Origin: Anaerolineales bacterium
GTDB lineage: Bacteria > Chloroflexota > Anaerolineae > Anaerolineales > Villigracilaceae
Direction: 5' to 3'
Assembly: GCA_046707185.1 (NCBI GenBank)
Contig: JBJKOR010000567.1
Coordinates: forward strand, 1 to 47,598
DNA length: 47,598 bases
Below the pieces are notes generated by a model. That model was not told where the DNA came from and made no database searches. It saw only the letters and a list, made by a program, of their open reading frames with translations. The translations under genes and the position numbers were made by a program. Each line of letters begins with the position of its first letter. Position 1 is the stretch's first letter. This document shows positions 1 to 9,013 of this stretch, in pieces.

Positions 1-130
1 CGTGCGGCTCGGCTACTCCCAGAAGATACACCAGTCTTCTGTTTTTTGACGTTCCAAATGTTATACAGATCAGCTGTATTGAGATTGATTTTTTAAGGTT
101 CTATGCTAACTTTTGGCGAAAGTACAGCTG

Positions 131-709
131 CTAATCATAGCGGGCGTAGCTGATATTCTTGTTCTGATGCATCATTTCCCGGCTTTGATGGAAGATTTTG
201 TGGAAGATACGCCGATCCATAAAGAAATGTAACAGGTCCGCTCCTGCCAGACCTAAAACTGCCACACGGAAATATGGAAGCGTAACCAGCCAAAGTGTAT
301 TTTGCCAAAGCCAGTCAAACCAAAAAGGTGAAACAACATAAGTAACCGCCAGGCCAAGCCAATACGGAATGCTGATGTAAAGCAACCGCCCCATCGTTCC
401 GACGACAGGCCAATGGCTGAGTGGCGAACGATGAGGAAGGATCACACGATATGGAAACCAATAAATCCACCAGAGATTCTCTCCAAGCGGTGAAATCTCC
501 CGAATTTCTTCTTCACTGATGCTGCCGGCATTTACATCCAGGTCGGGCGTAAGGATCAAACCAAGCATCGCACCGCCAGCCAGCGCCGCAGAGTAAAGAA
601 GCGTCGGCACAAAGGGGAAACCATTGATCTTTCCATTGGTTACCTCGGCTGCAAATAGCAGCACGGCTAAAGTTTGAGTCCCAAGCGCATGCGTTTTTCC
701 ATCTGCCAT
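131..709 (-). CDS. integral membrane protein, DUF2227-like (putative metal-binding; family recalled from memory)
   Basis: 192-aa ORF. GGAGA lies 7 nt upstream of the ATG on the - strand. Several hydrophobic helices. Motif HRSPLSHWPVVGT. Confidence 0.55.
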   Translation of the reverse strand: MADGKTHALGTQTLAVLLFAAEVTNGKINGFPFVPTLLYSAALAGGAMLGLILTPDLDVNAGSISEEEIREISPLGENLWWIYWFPYRVILPHRSPLSHWPVVGTMGRLLYISIPYWLGLAVTYVVSPFWFDWLWQNTLWLVTLPYFRVAVLGLAGADLLHFFMDRRIFHKIFHQSREMMHQNKNISYARYD

Positions 710-813
710 GATTTTTTCTCCATTAGGAATAAAGAATTCGGCCTATTGTATACTATTCCGAACAATTGTGCTATAATTCCCGCCGTTGAATTTATTCTTG
801 CGGAGATGATGCT

Positions 814-1098
814 ATGCGCTACTACAGGAGAAGCAGTTACCGGGGTGGTTATCAATGGGGCTCGACGCGTCTAATCGTCAAGTTGGAACATTTGCTTTTT
901 GCTGGAACGTTGGTGGTTATCGTAAGCATCATTCTCTTGTTCATCAGCAGTATGATCCAATTGGGGTACGCGGATGCTGTCCTGGCGGGATTCCAATCCT
1001 TGATGAGCGTCCTGGCAGCCATCCCGTGGTATGTCTTTCTAGCTACTTTCCTTGTTGGAGCCATGTTCTTGTGGCTGGCCGGTGGAAAAGGCGAATAG
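814..1098 (+). CDS. small hypothetical membrane protein
   Basis: 94-aa ORF with GGAGA ~9 nt upstream. Two long hydrophobic segments (LLFAGTLVVIVSIILLFISSMI, IPWYVFLATFLVGAMFLWLAG). The overlapping ORFs 855..1115 and 852..1064 lack such features. Confidence 0.4.
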   Translation: MRYYRRSSYRGGYQWGSTRLIVKLEHLLFAGTLVVIVSIILLFISSMIQLGYADAVLAGFQSLMSVLAAIPWYVFLATFLVGAMFLWLAGGKGE

Positions 1099-1124
1099 GA
1101 TTTGCTTTGGTATAATCCCGCTCC

Positions 1125-1538
1125 ATGTCACGAATCATCAATCCCGATTCTGTCGGTAAACAACGTACACACTTGAGCAAGGCCATCGTTCTTGCGGTGC
1201 GGGAGCTGGTCCGGCAAAAAGATATAACGGATCAAACCCGCGATCTCGCTGCGTTCATTGCCATTGCCCTGCAACTTATTGCGGATGGTATCGACGTCAG
1301 TGTAACGGCGTGGGAGAAGCGCGATTACTGGCTCAAGGCCGACAAGTTCCGTATGGAATGGGCTTGGGCCGGCCAGCTTGCAGAGAAGATGCGGACGGCT
1401 GTATTGAGTAATGATTGGGGAACTGTTGCACTTTTATCGGCACAAATTGTGCAGAAATTGGCGAAAGTCAAAGTGAGCGAGCATCATCGGTTGGGAAAAC
1501 CGTGGGTTGGAGCATATAAGGAATTAATCAGAAAATAA
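1125..1538 (+). CDS. hypothetical protein (helical, no family recognised)
   Basis: 137-aa ORF filling the gap between neighbouring genes. Composition matches the flank. No motif recognised. Confidence 0.55.
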   Translation: MSRIINPDSVGKQRTHLSKAIVLAVRELVRQKDITDQTRDLAAFIAIALQLIADGIDVSVTAWEKRDYWLKADKFRMEWAWAGQLAEKMRTAVLSNDWGTVALLSAQIVQKLAKVKVSEHHRLGKPWVGAYKELIRK

Positions 1539-1686
1539 TCAATGATGCTTTCCAGTGCAGATAAAACAAAATGACCTAGCCGTTTGGGCGGGTCGTTTTC
1601 TATTCGAATATCTGATGTTCATTAACAAAGGTTGCATTAAACTCTGATTGCATTTCACTTCATGATAAGATGCAAAAGGAGAAACA

Positions 1687-2583
1687 ATGACAACCCTTAA
1701 CGATTTTTCCAACGAGCTTGCGGCGGCGGTAGAACGGGGCGGAGCCGGTACATTATTGGTAGATGCCCGCAATCGTTACCCGGCCAGCGGAATTGCTTAC
1801 GCGTCCGACCTTGTATTGACGGCTGATCACGTAGTGACGCGCGACGAGAACCTGCGCATCGGCACAGCCGATAACAAATCTTTTTCCGTGACCGTTGCCG
1901 GACGCGATCCAAGTTCCGATCTTGCGCTGCTGCGTCTCTCTGAAAAAGCTTTGACGCCCGCTAAAACCTCGGAGGCCGCGCCGAAAGTCGGTCAGCTTGT
2001 TTTGGCGCTTGGACGGCCAAGTGATGAAGGCGTGCAAGCTTCGTGGGGGATCATCGCAGCCATTGGCGGGCCAGCGCGCACTGGCCGAGGCGGATTGCTC
2101 GATGAATATATCCAAACTGAAACAACCTCCTATCCTGGCTTTTCCGGTGGGCCGCTGATCGATACCGATGGCAATATCTTGGGATTGAACACATCGGGGC
2201 TGACGCGCGGCATGGCGCTCACCATCCCGGTTAAATTCGCCTGGCGAATTGCCGAGGCACTTGCCAAGCACGGCGCGGTCAAGCGCGGTTATCTCGGAGT
2301 GCGAACGCAATCAGTGGATTTAACCGATTCAATGCGCGAGGCTTTGAAGCGCCAACAACGGCACGGCTTGCTGGTAATGTGGTTGGAAAAGAAGGGTCCA
2401 GTGGAAAATGGTGGCTTGTTGGTCGGCGATATCATCGTTGCGATTAGCGGCCAGGCAGTCGGCGATCCCGATGATCTCTTTGCGGCGCTCGATAGCGACG
2501 TGGTCGGAAAAACAATCGCGGTTGAAATTCTACGCGGCGGGCAGCCAGAGACCCTCCAAGTGACGGTGGGTGAGAGGAAGTAG
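1687..2583 (+). CDS. trypsin-like serine protease with C-terminal PDZ domain (HtrA/DegP-like, S1C)
   Basis: AAAGGAGA RBS. Catalytic-triad contexts are TADHVV (His), DLALLRL (Asp) and GFSGGPLID (Ser). PDZ-like segment GLLVGDIIVAISGQAV. Confidence 0.85.
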   Translation: MTTLNDFSNELAAAVERGGAGTLLVDARNRYPASGIAYASDLVLTADHVVTRDENLRIGTADNKSFSVTVAGRDPSSDLALLRLSEKALTPAKTSEAAPKVGQLVLALGRPSDEGVQASWGIIAAIGGPARTGRGGLLDEYIQTETTSYPGFSGGPLIDTDGNILGLNTSGLTRGMALTIPVKFAWRIAEALAKHGAVKRGYLGVRTQSVDLTDSMREALKRQQRHGLLVMWLEKKGPVENGGLLVGDIIVAISGQAVGDPDDLFAALDSDVVGKTIAVEILRGGQPETLQVTVGERK

Positions 2584-3153
2584 TTGATCCGTGTTGTGAT
2601 TGCTGTTGCTTCACCGGCATTGCGTGCGGGTCTGCGCGCTTTACTTGCGTCGGATGATGAGATTCAACTTATTGCCGAGGACGAAATCAACGAAGCTGAT
2701 GTAATCATTACATCGGCTTCGTTCGCTTCTTTTCTCGACGATGAAACGGTCGCGTCCTCATCGGCTTCGATTCTCTTCCTAAACGATGACCCGCTCGACG
2801 TCCGCGAAATGAGGCGCTTAAATCGCTCGTGGGGAATCCTGCCAATCGATTCGTCTGCTGACGAATTATGTGTGGCTATCCGCGCTTTATCGCAAGGACT
2901 GATCGTCGGAGATCCGTCACTGTTATTTGCGTTGGAGGAAGAAAGGCTTGCGAACAGCCCCTTGACCGAGCGTGAAACAGAAGTATTGAATCTGCTTGCC
3001 AAAGGCCTGGCAAATAAACAGATTGCTGTCGCGCTCGGCATTAGCGAGCACACGGTCAAATTTCACGTATCTTCGATTTATGCAAAGCTGAACGTAACCA
3101 ACCGAACTGAGGCAGTGCGTGCCGGGTTAAGCGGCGGGTGGATTGCCTTGTGA
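2584..3153 (+). CDS. LuxR/NarL-family DNA-binding regulator with degenerate (pseudo-)receiver domain
   Basis: TTG start immediately after the protease stop, with GAGGAAG upstream. C-terminal LuxR HTH reads LTERETEVLNLLAKGLANKQIAVALGISEHTVKFHVSSIYAKLNV. The N-terminal REC-like fold lacks the acidic pocket and the phospho-acceptor Asp by eye. Confidence 0.8.
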   Translation: MIRVVIAVASPALRAGLRALLASDDEIQLIAEDEINEADVIITSASFASFLDDETVASSSASILFLNDDPLDVREMRRLNRSWGILPIDSSADELCVAIRALSQGLIVGDPSLLFALEEERLANSPLTERETEVLNLLAKGLANKQIAVALGISEHTVKFHVSSIYAKLNVTNRTEAVRAGLSGGWIAL

Positions 3154-3654
3154 AATCTCGCTATAGATACGGTCGCGCTCGATGTTGACAAGATGTAGTT
3201 CGGTATCATTCAATGATTCGATCATCAGCTCGCGGATGTGGCGGTTGAGGAAATGATTCTCGAGGATGGAAAGCGGGAGGAAGCGCGCGCCTGCCACCAC
3301 ATGAATGCAATTCGGCGCGCCGCACAGACAAATGAACGGCGATGCCATTTCCCATTCCGTCGATGGATAAAAGAAGGTCAGCTCCTCGCCTGCCGCAATA
3401 TCGCGCGCAACAAAGACCAACATGCGGGTCGTATCCAAGAAAGTATTGGGATCGCATGAGTGATTCATGGAAGACAATTCCTTGACTTCCACGTGTCGAT
3501 CGCGTCCAATTTGAACAGTAAAACGATTGGGTTTATCGTACACGTTCGCAGTTGGGATTGGGCAAATGATCTCGCCTTTTTTATAAGCGCGCTTGGTTGT
3601 TAAACTTCGAACCTTATCTTGCGTCTTGATAACAAGTGATGTTGGGGTACTCAT
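3127..3654 (-). CDS. SET-domain protein (putative protein lysine methyltransferase)
   Basis: NHSCDPN motif, ELTFFY motif and Cys-rich post-SET CLCGAPNC. I place the start at the internal ATG 3654 (MSTPTSL...), preceded by AAGGAAGAGAG, rather than at the long-ORF start 3795. Confidence 0.8.
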   Translation of the reverse strand: MSTPTSLVIKTQDKVRSLTTKRAYKKGEIICPIPTANVYDKPNRFTVQIGRDRHVEVKELSSMNHSCDPNTFLDTTRMLVFVARDIAAGEELTFFYPSTEWEMASPFICLCGAPNCIHVVAGARFLPLSILENHFLNRHIRELMIESLNDTELHLVNIERDRIYSEISQGNPPAA

Positions 3655-3759
3655 GACAACTCTCTTCCTTTCATTCAACGATCTCCAATGATTCGTAATA
3701 TATAATGAAGTGCGAGGAATGACAAGGTTTTTTGCCCTTATAAATAAAACTTTAAGGTA

Positions 3760-3797
3760 TAAAAAAGTGACGGTTACTTTCAAGGGAATCGCCACTT
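3760..3797 (-). terminator. hairpin plus T-run downstream of the orphan gene fragment
   Basis: On the - strand: AAGTGGCG-(17 nt)-CGTCACTT followed by TTTTTAT. Stem pairs 7 of 8. Confidence 0.4.
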
Positions 3798-3886
3798 TCA
3801 GAACAAGGATAACTGCTGTGCAGCTTTTCTTCCGCCCATCAAAATATGTGGCGCAGCGCGCGAAACATAAATGCCAGGTTTTTGAA
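3798..3886 (-). pseudogene. orphan 3'-terminal fragment of a radical-SAM DNA-repair-type gene (left copy of the 94-bp direct repeat 3793..3886)
   Basis: 85 of 94 nt identical, ungapped, to 34385..34478. The frame and stop are retained (FQKPGIYVSRAAPHILMGGRKAAQQLSLF*). The reading frame closes at a stop at 3966-3968 and no radical-SAM core lies upstream. Confidence 0.7.
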
Positions 3887-4488
3887 AGGTGTGTTTGTTG
3901 GTGGCATGGCTTCTCCCGTTTCTTGCAGCATTTGGAGCGGTCGAGTAAAAGACCGATTTATGCTTTCAGGTCGTCCAGAAGGATTTACCCTGTTCCCTTT
4001 CCTGGCAGCGCTTTCGATAACGTTTTCGAACTACCAGTGGTGTAGTAGAAGACCCCATCGTGAGTGCAGCACGGAAGACGGGCAGCCTTGATTTTCCCAA
4101 TCAGGCGTTTGGTTTACGCGGTTCTTAATGAGATCGGGAAGGATTGTTTAGTAGGTAAAACGTATCTATCGTTGAAGCCGTATAACTCGGCTCTTAACAA
4201 GGATAACAACAGAAAGCATTTTGTACTATCTGTAAATCATACAGAATCTCACTGGTGGGACACTCTGCATGAGAAAGCCAAACTTTCTAACATTGCAGCG
4301 CGCTTAGGTCTAGCCCGCAAGTGGCGCGCTTGCATGGCGCCATGGCAACAGCAATCAAGCAACTTTGTGCTTTAATGCCAAGAATGCAAGAAAAACCAAC
4401 TGATAGCGACCTAATACACTTTATTTAGATAAGCACTATCATATTACTTTTGTTGCCTTAATACATGATTTTAGTAACTATAAACCGG

Positions 4489-4533
4489 CCTTACAAAATT
4501 GTAAACTAAATCTAAATTTACAAATTTGTAAGG
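4489..4533. promoter_or_regulatory. two 14-bp palindromic boxes (TTACAAAATTGTAA and TTACAAATTTGTAA), candidate operator
   Basis: Read directly. Box centres are 27 bp apart. Together they form a 17-bp inverted repeat with one mismatch and an 11-bp spacer. They sit in an AT-rich gene-free tract 200 bp upstream of the small HTH-like gene. Confidence 0.35.
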
Positions 4534-4733
4534 CTGTAGAGTGTTTAGTGGGTTTCAAAACTAACTTAGGAACAGATTTCTAAAGGTGAACATGGAAGCA
4601 TATATTCCGTGAATATGGCAATCTTATTGGAAATAACTCTTTACAAATATTTCTAAGGCACTTTCCAAAAATCGCAAGAAAAATTCCGGCGCATCACAAA
4701 AATGCCATCTCTCCCCGGCTGTGAGGAGCAAGT

Positions 4734-4958
4734 ATGAGCAACAGAGTTCAAAAATTGGCAATGAACATTGGTATGTCATATGATGAATTCATTGGCGAAA
4801 TGAGGAAGCGAGGGTGCAGCGAACCCACTGCATCGAAAATATGGCGTGGTATTTATGATGAGTTTCATGAGTTCGGTGAAAACGATATGTTTTTGAGCAA
4901 TCTCAGAAAAGCTGCAGATGTTTTAAAAGTTGCAACAGGGAACCTTTTATCAAAATGA
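4734..4958 (+). CDS. small putative HTH (XRE-like) regulator at the head of the glycan cluster
   Basis: 74-aa ORF with GAGGAG 6 nt upstream. Helix-rich, with a weak XRE-like pattern (MSYDEFIGEM..., SNLRKAADVLKVATGNLL). Confidence 0.5.
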   Translation: MSNRVQKLAMNIGMSYDEFIGEMRKRGCSEPTASKIWRGIYDEFHEFGENDMFLSNLRKAADVLKVATGNLLSK

Positions 4959-5041
4959 GAAAAGAATGTTTCTTACCAGATTTGCATTTCATTTTCTCTA
5001 AGTCGAAACGCGTATCGTTCAATTAATAGAAGGAGATACCT

Positions 5042-6550
5042 ATGGAGCTCAGACCCTACGTCAATATACTATGGCGAAGAAAATGGGTGATTCTCATCAC
5101 GGCCATAGTCACAATTGTTGTTGTTGGGATAGGCACACGCCAGACGACGCCCACTTATCAGGCTTCCACAACGTTGCGAATCGCTGCAACTGCGGATGCG
5201 TCTTCGAATTTTTACATCATGTCCACCTACAACGATCAGCTTATGAATACCTATGTCGAGATTGCAACCAGCAAACCGGTCCTTGACGAACTTAGCAAAC
5301 GCCTCAATTTAAACGCGTCACCCGTCATCGCGGCCGAGGTTGTCCCGAATACAGAGCTGATCAAGGTCACTGCAACAAGCACAGATCCAAAAATGGCAGC
5401 GAGAGAAGCCAATACCCTTGCTGCCATCCTGATTACCCAAAGTAACTCGTTGTATACGGGCGGCGGGAAAACCTCGCAGGATGTTTTATCAACCCAATTG
5501 GCTCAGGCCCAATCAGACCTAAATCAAGCACAACGGCAATACGAAAACCTGATTGTTCAAACGCCCCCCGCCTCAGGGCAGATTGATGTAGCCAGACAGC
5601 AGTTACAGCTAAAAGAAGATGTCTATGTCTCCATCCTCACACAATACCAGCAGGCAACACTTCAGGCAGAGATCAAGACAAGTATGATCACTGTTGTTGA
5701 TCCTGCGACTGTTCCGCAGGCCCCATCGCAGCCACGTGTGGTTTTAAACTATGTCCTTGGGTTGCTGGCAGGACTTATGGGAGGCGTGGTGATTGGCTTT
5801 GTCGTCGAGAATCTGGACAACAGACTCCACGATGCACAAGAAATTCAAACGGCTGCCAAATTAAATTTAATTGCCAAAATTCCGAGGGCCAATAAAGGGC
5901 AGGTCAACATTTCCCAATTGGCGCTTTCTCCAATAGCAGAGGCTTACAGGGGGTTGGCGGCAAAACTCTTATGTCAGGATCATCAAAAGGCTCCGAAAAC
6001 AATTCTGATCATGAGCGCCGAACCCAAACAAGGTGCCACAACCATATTGTCAAATCTGGCATTTTCGTTGGCGGAATATGGCAAAAGCGTAGTAGCTATT
6101 GATTGCAATTTGCGGATGCCCAATTTGCATAAAGTATTCGACGTACCAAACGACCGTGGCTTGACAGACGTATTGGAACAAAAGACGGACGTCAATAAGG
6201 TCCTGCAAAAGGATGCCAACGGACAAATCAGCGTGCTTACTAGCGGGCCGGTTCCAGCTCATCCCCTCCAGCTTCTGAATTCACCTGAGATGACTAAGCT
6301 CATCAACGAACTGGCACAAAAATTCGAATACGTGTTAATAGATGTCCCGGCTTTGCTGGCTGTAGCTGATGTAACTGCACTTGCCAAAAATGTCGATGGT
6401 TTCCTGCTTGTTACCCCGGAACAAAAAGCGACCCAACGCGCGGTCCAGGCGGCTGGCGAATTTCTGGCTGGTTTTCACGAAAAGTATGCTGGCTTGGTCA
6501 TCAATCAAGCAAAAGACGATAACAGCCAATATTTTTACCAATATCAGTGA
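5042..6550 (+). CDS. polysaccharide co-polymerase (Wzz domain) fused to a BY-kinase-like P-loop domain with a Tyr-rich tail
   Basis: AGGAGA RBS. N-terminal TM, periplasmic-type coiled region and a second TM. C-terminal CapB/Wzc-like domain (ILIMSAEPKQGATTILSNLA, VVAIDCNLRMP, YVLIDVPAL). Tail is NSQYFYQYQ. Confidence 0.85.
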   Translation: MELRPYVNILWRRKWVILITAIVTIVVVGIGTRQTTPTYQASTTLRIAATADASSNFYIMSTYNDQLMNTYVEIATSKPVLDELSKRLNLNASPVIAAEVVPNTELIKVTATSTDPKMAAREANTLAAILITQSNSLYTGGGKTSQDVLSTQLAQAQSDLNQAQRQYENLIVQTPPASGQIDVARQQLQLKEDVYVSILTQYQQATLQAEIKTSMITVVDPATVPQAPSQPRVVLNYVLGLLAGLMGGVVIGFVVENLDNRLHDAQEIQTAAKLNLIAKIPRANKGQVNISQLALSPIAEAYRGLAAKLLCQDHQKAPKTILIMSAEPKQGATTILSNLAFSLAEYGKSVVAIDCNLRMPNLHKVFDVPNDRGLTDVLEQKTDVNKVLQKDANGQISVLTSGPVPAHPLQLLNSPEMTKLINELAQKFEYVLIDVPALLAVADVTALAKNVDGFLLVTPEQKATQRAVQAAGEFLAGFHEKYAGLVINQAKDDNSQYFYQYQ

Positions 6551-6602
6551 TCACTCAAATGTAACTCGATAGACAACCTTGGTAATAGTCGGAGAATAAT
6601 CC

Positions 6603-7352
6603 ATGTATGATGATATAAGCGTAACCACGTTTGTCCAATGTGAGCCGGGCATCATGAGCAGAGCGGACGAGCAAAAAAAAGAATATTACGCTCTCAAGCG
6701 CGTCATTGATTTTATGATTGCCATCATGCTTTTGGCTGTTGCATTGCCGGTCATGCTTCTAATCGCTATCGCAATTTTTATATACTCACCAGGGCCGATT
6801 TTCTTCAAACAAGAACGGGTGGGAGCCAAGCGACAGCGTTATGGCCAATACGCCTATTGGAAGAAAGTTCATTTCACCTGTTATAAATTTCGGACAATGA
6901 AGCTCAACGCGGATTCGACTTCTCACCGGGAGTATGTAAAAGCGTTGATTGAAAATGACCATGAAAAGATGCAAACCTTGCAAGGAGGAACAACAGGAAT
7001 ACGCAAGTTGGTTGACGATCCGAGGGTTATCCGACCCGGCAAGTTCCTCCGCAAGCTAAGCCTGGACGAATTGCCGCAATTTTGGAACGTAGTTCTAGGC
7101 GATATGAGCCTGGTAGGTCCACGGCCGGCGATTCCATATGAAGTGGATATGTATAAGCCCTGGCACCTTAAACGTCTGGAGGCTCAACCTGGGATTACCG
7201 GTCTTCAACAGGTTACCGCACGATGTACGGTTGATTTTGATCAGCAAGTTCAGTTCGATATCGAATATATAGAAAAACAATCTCTTTGGCTTGATGTTCA
7301 AATCTTGTTGAAAACCCCCTTGGCAGTAATTTCGAGCAAAGGGGCATTCTAA
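6603..7352 (+). CDS. priming phosphoglycosyl (bacterial sugar) transferase, WbaP/EpsL-type small PGT
   Basis: KRVIDF...TM helix...[16 protein letters not shown], and [21 protein letters not shown] motifs. Confidence 0.9.
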   Translation: MYDDISVTTFVQCEPGIMSRADEQKKEYYALKRVIDFMIAIMLLAVALPVMLLIAIAIFIYSPGPIFFKQERVGAKRQRYGQYAYWKKVHFTCYKFRTMKLNADSTSHREYVKALIENDHEKMQTLQGGTTGIRKLVDDPRVIRPGKFLRKLSLDELPQFWNVVLGDMSLVGPRPAIPYEVDMYKPWHLKRLEAQPGITGLQQVTARCTVDFDQQVQFDIEYIEKQSLWLDVQILLKTPLAVISSKGAF

Positions 7353-7361
7353 GGAGGTCGA

Positions 7362-8501
7362 ATGGACAGAATAAAAGTAGGAGTTATAGGCTATGGCTAT
7401 TGGGGGCCTAATCTGGCGCGAAATTTCTTTGGCCTTCCCTCTGCGCAACTGGCTATGATTTCCGATTTAAGAGAGGAACGCCTGAAACATGCCCAATCAT
7501 TGTATCCGGATGTAAAGCTGACAAAGCAATACCAGGATTTCTTTGATGCGGGAGTTGGCGCTGTGGTTATTTCCACACCGCCAGCAACTCATTTTTCCAT
7601 TGCTAAAGACTGCATGGAGCATGGTCTGCATGTTCTCGTTGAAAAACCCATTACGCTTAACAGCCGGGACGCGTCTGAGTTAATTGAACTCGCCAATCAA
7701 AAGGGGTTGACACTTATGGTGGGTCACACCTTTGAGTATAACTCGGCTGTACTAGCGCTCAAGCAATATATCCAAAATGGCGCGATAGGACAAATCTACT
7801 ACCTCGATACAGCCCGTCTTAATCTTGGTCTCTTCCAAAGTGACTCAAACGTTTTGTGGGACCTGGCCCCCCACGATATCTCAGTCTTGCTGTATCTGCT
7901 CGAAGAAACTCCAATTTCCGTTAGTGCCCAAGGCTCGTCGTGTGTTTTCAAGGGTATTTTCGATGTTGCACATCTAAACCTGATTTTCCCGAACAACGTC
8001 CGAGCTCACGTTCATGTTAGCTGGCTTGATCCCTGCAAGGTGCGTCGGGTTACGGTCGTTGGCAGTAAAAAGATGATGGTCTGCAATGATGTGGAGGCGG
8101 AACAAAAGATCCGAATTTACGACAAGGGAGTTGAAGCGCCAGATTATACCGATGGTTTCGGTGAATTCCAATGTAGTTATCGGACAGGCGATATTACTAT
8201 TCCGCGCATCCACTTCGTTGAGCCTCTGCAACAGGAATGCAAGACTTTTATCGATCGATGCATTCAAACTCAGGAAAAAATCAAAGTTGGTATAGGGCCA
8301 CTGGATGAACGCGCTTTGGAAAATACAAGTGTCTCGAAGAATGGAAACCATTGCTCCGTTAATCCTAAATGCACCAATTGCCAAATCAATGATTTGGAAC
8401 ATTATAGCTGCGGATACGATGGCTTGCGGGTGGTCAAAATCCTGGAGGCCGCTCAAAGGTCCATGATGAACGGATCCACTCACGAGGCGATCACATGGTA
8501 A
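7362..8501 (+). CDS. Gfo/Idh/MocA-family oxidoreductase (WbpB-like nucleotide-sugar 3-dehydrogenase)
   Basis: AAGGAGG RBS. N-terminal Rossmann segment IKVGVIGYGYWGPN, plus the EKP motif. Context with the following acetyltransferase and aminotransferase. Confidence 0.8.
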   Translation: MDRIKVGVIGYGYWGPNLARNFFGLPSAQLAMISDLREERLKHAQSLYPDVKLTKQYQDFFDAGVGAVVISTPPATHFSIAKDCMEHGLHVLVEKPITLNSRDASELIELANQKGLTLMVGHTFEYNSAVLALKQYIQNGAIGQIYYLDTARLNLGLFQSDSNVLWDLAPHDISVLLYLLEETPISVSAQGSSCVFKGIFDVAHLNLIFPNNVRAHVHVSWLDPCKVRRVTVVGSKKMMVCNDVEAEQKIRIYDKGVEAPDYTDGFGEFQCSYRTGDITIPRIHFVEPLQQECKTFIDRCIQTQEKIKVGIGPLDERALENTSVSKNGNHCSVNPKCTNCQINDLEHYSCGYDGLRVVKILEAAQRSMMNGSTHEAITW

Positions 8502-9013
8502 ATGCTGATTTCGCCCGTATTGCACCCGATGTGAAGCTGGGCCGCGCTGTCAAAATCTACGCTTTTGTCAATCTATATGGATGTGAGATTGGCGACGAAA
8601 GCAGGGTAGGCACGTTTGTTGAAGTCCAAAAGGGCGCGAGGATTGGAAGGCGCGTGAAGATATCCAGTCATACGTTTATTTGCGAAGGGGTGACCATCGA
8701 AGATGAAGTCTTCATCGGCCACGGTGTGATGTTCATCAACGACAAATATCCGCGCGCCACAACCGCCGATGGAGATCTACAGTCTGAGGCAGATTGGGTT
8801 TGCGTACCAACATTGGTTGAACGTGGCGCTTCGATTGGCAGCAACGCAACGATTTTGTGCGGCGTGACCATCGGAGAGCGCTCCATTATCGGTGCGGGCA
8901 GTGTCGTTACGCACGATGTACCGGCTGGCGCTGTGTTCGCAGGGAATCCTGCTCATTTCATCCGGCTTGTCGAGCCTACAAAGGAAACGAATCATGAACA
9001 TTCCATTAATTGA
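8495..9013 (+). CDS. hexapeptide-repeat N-acetyltransferase (WbpD-like)
   Basis: Left-handed beta-helix repeats ([40 protein letters not shown]). Overlaps the upstream gene by 7 nt. Confidence 0.8.
   Translation: MVNADFARIAPDVKLGRAVKIYAFVNLYGCEIGDESRVGTFVEVQKGARIGRRVKISSHTFICEGVTIEDEVFIGHGVMFINDKYPRATTADGDLQSEADWVCVPTLVERGASIGSNATILCGVTIGERSIIGAGSVVTHDVPAGAVFAGNPAHFIRLVEPTKETNHEHSIN

Noticed and set aside
1600-1686. TTGCAT...TTGCAT...ATGCAA repeats upstream of the protease gene
   Set aside because: These are short hexamers that could arise by chance in an AT-rich leader, with no further support.
1753-2310. 185-aa ORF antisense to the HtrA-like gene. Similar antisense or alternate-frame ORFs occur at 7974..8525, 27942..28349, 35077..35544, 39829..40341 and 42098..42667.
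   Set aside because: These are shadow ORFs inside genes with strong family motifs. They are Arg/Pro/Ser-rich with no motifs or RBS, which is typical of high-GC or repeat-coding antisense frames.
3710-4045. + strand ORF sharing the peptide AVQLFFRPSKY..RAKHKCQVFE with ORF 34398..34589
   Set aside because: The similarity is a by-product of the 94-bp DNA repeat read in the wrong strand and frame. The real coding sense is the - strand radical-SAM C-terminus.
4064-4375. 103-aa ORF in the gene-free leader
   Set aside because: It has no RBS and an odd composition (many R/K/N and stop-prone flanks). No motif was found, so I treat the tract as non-coding.
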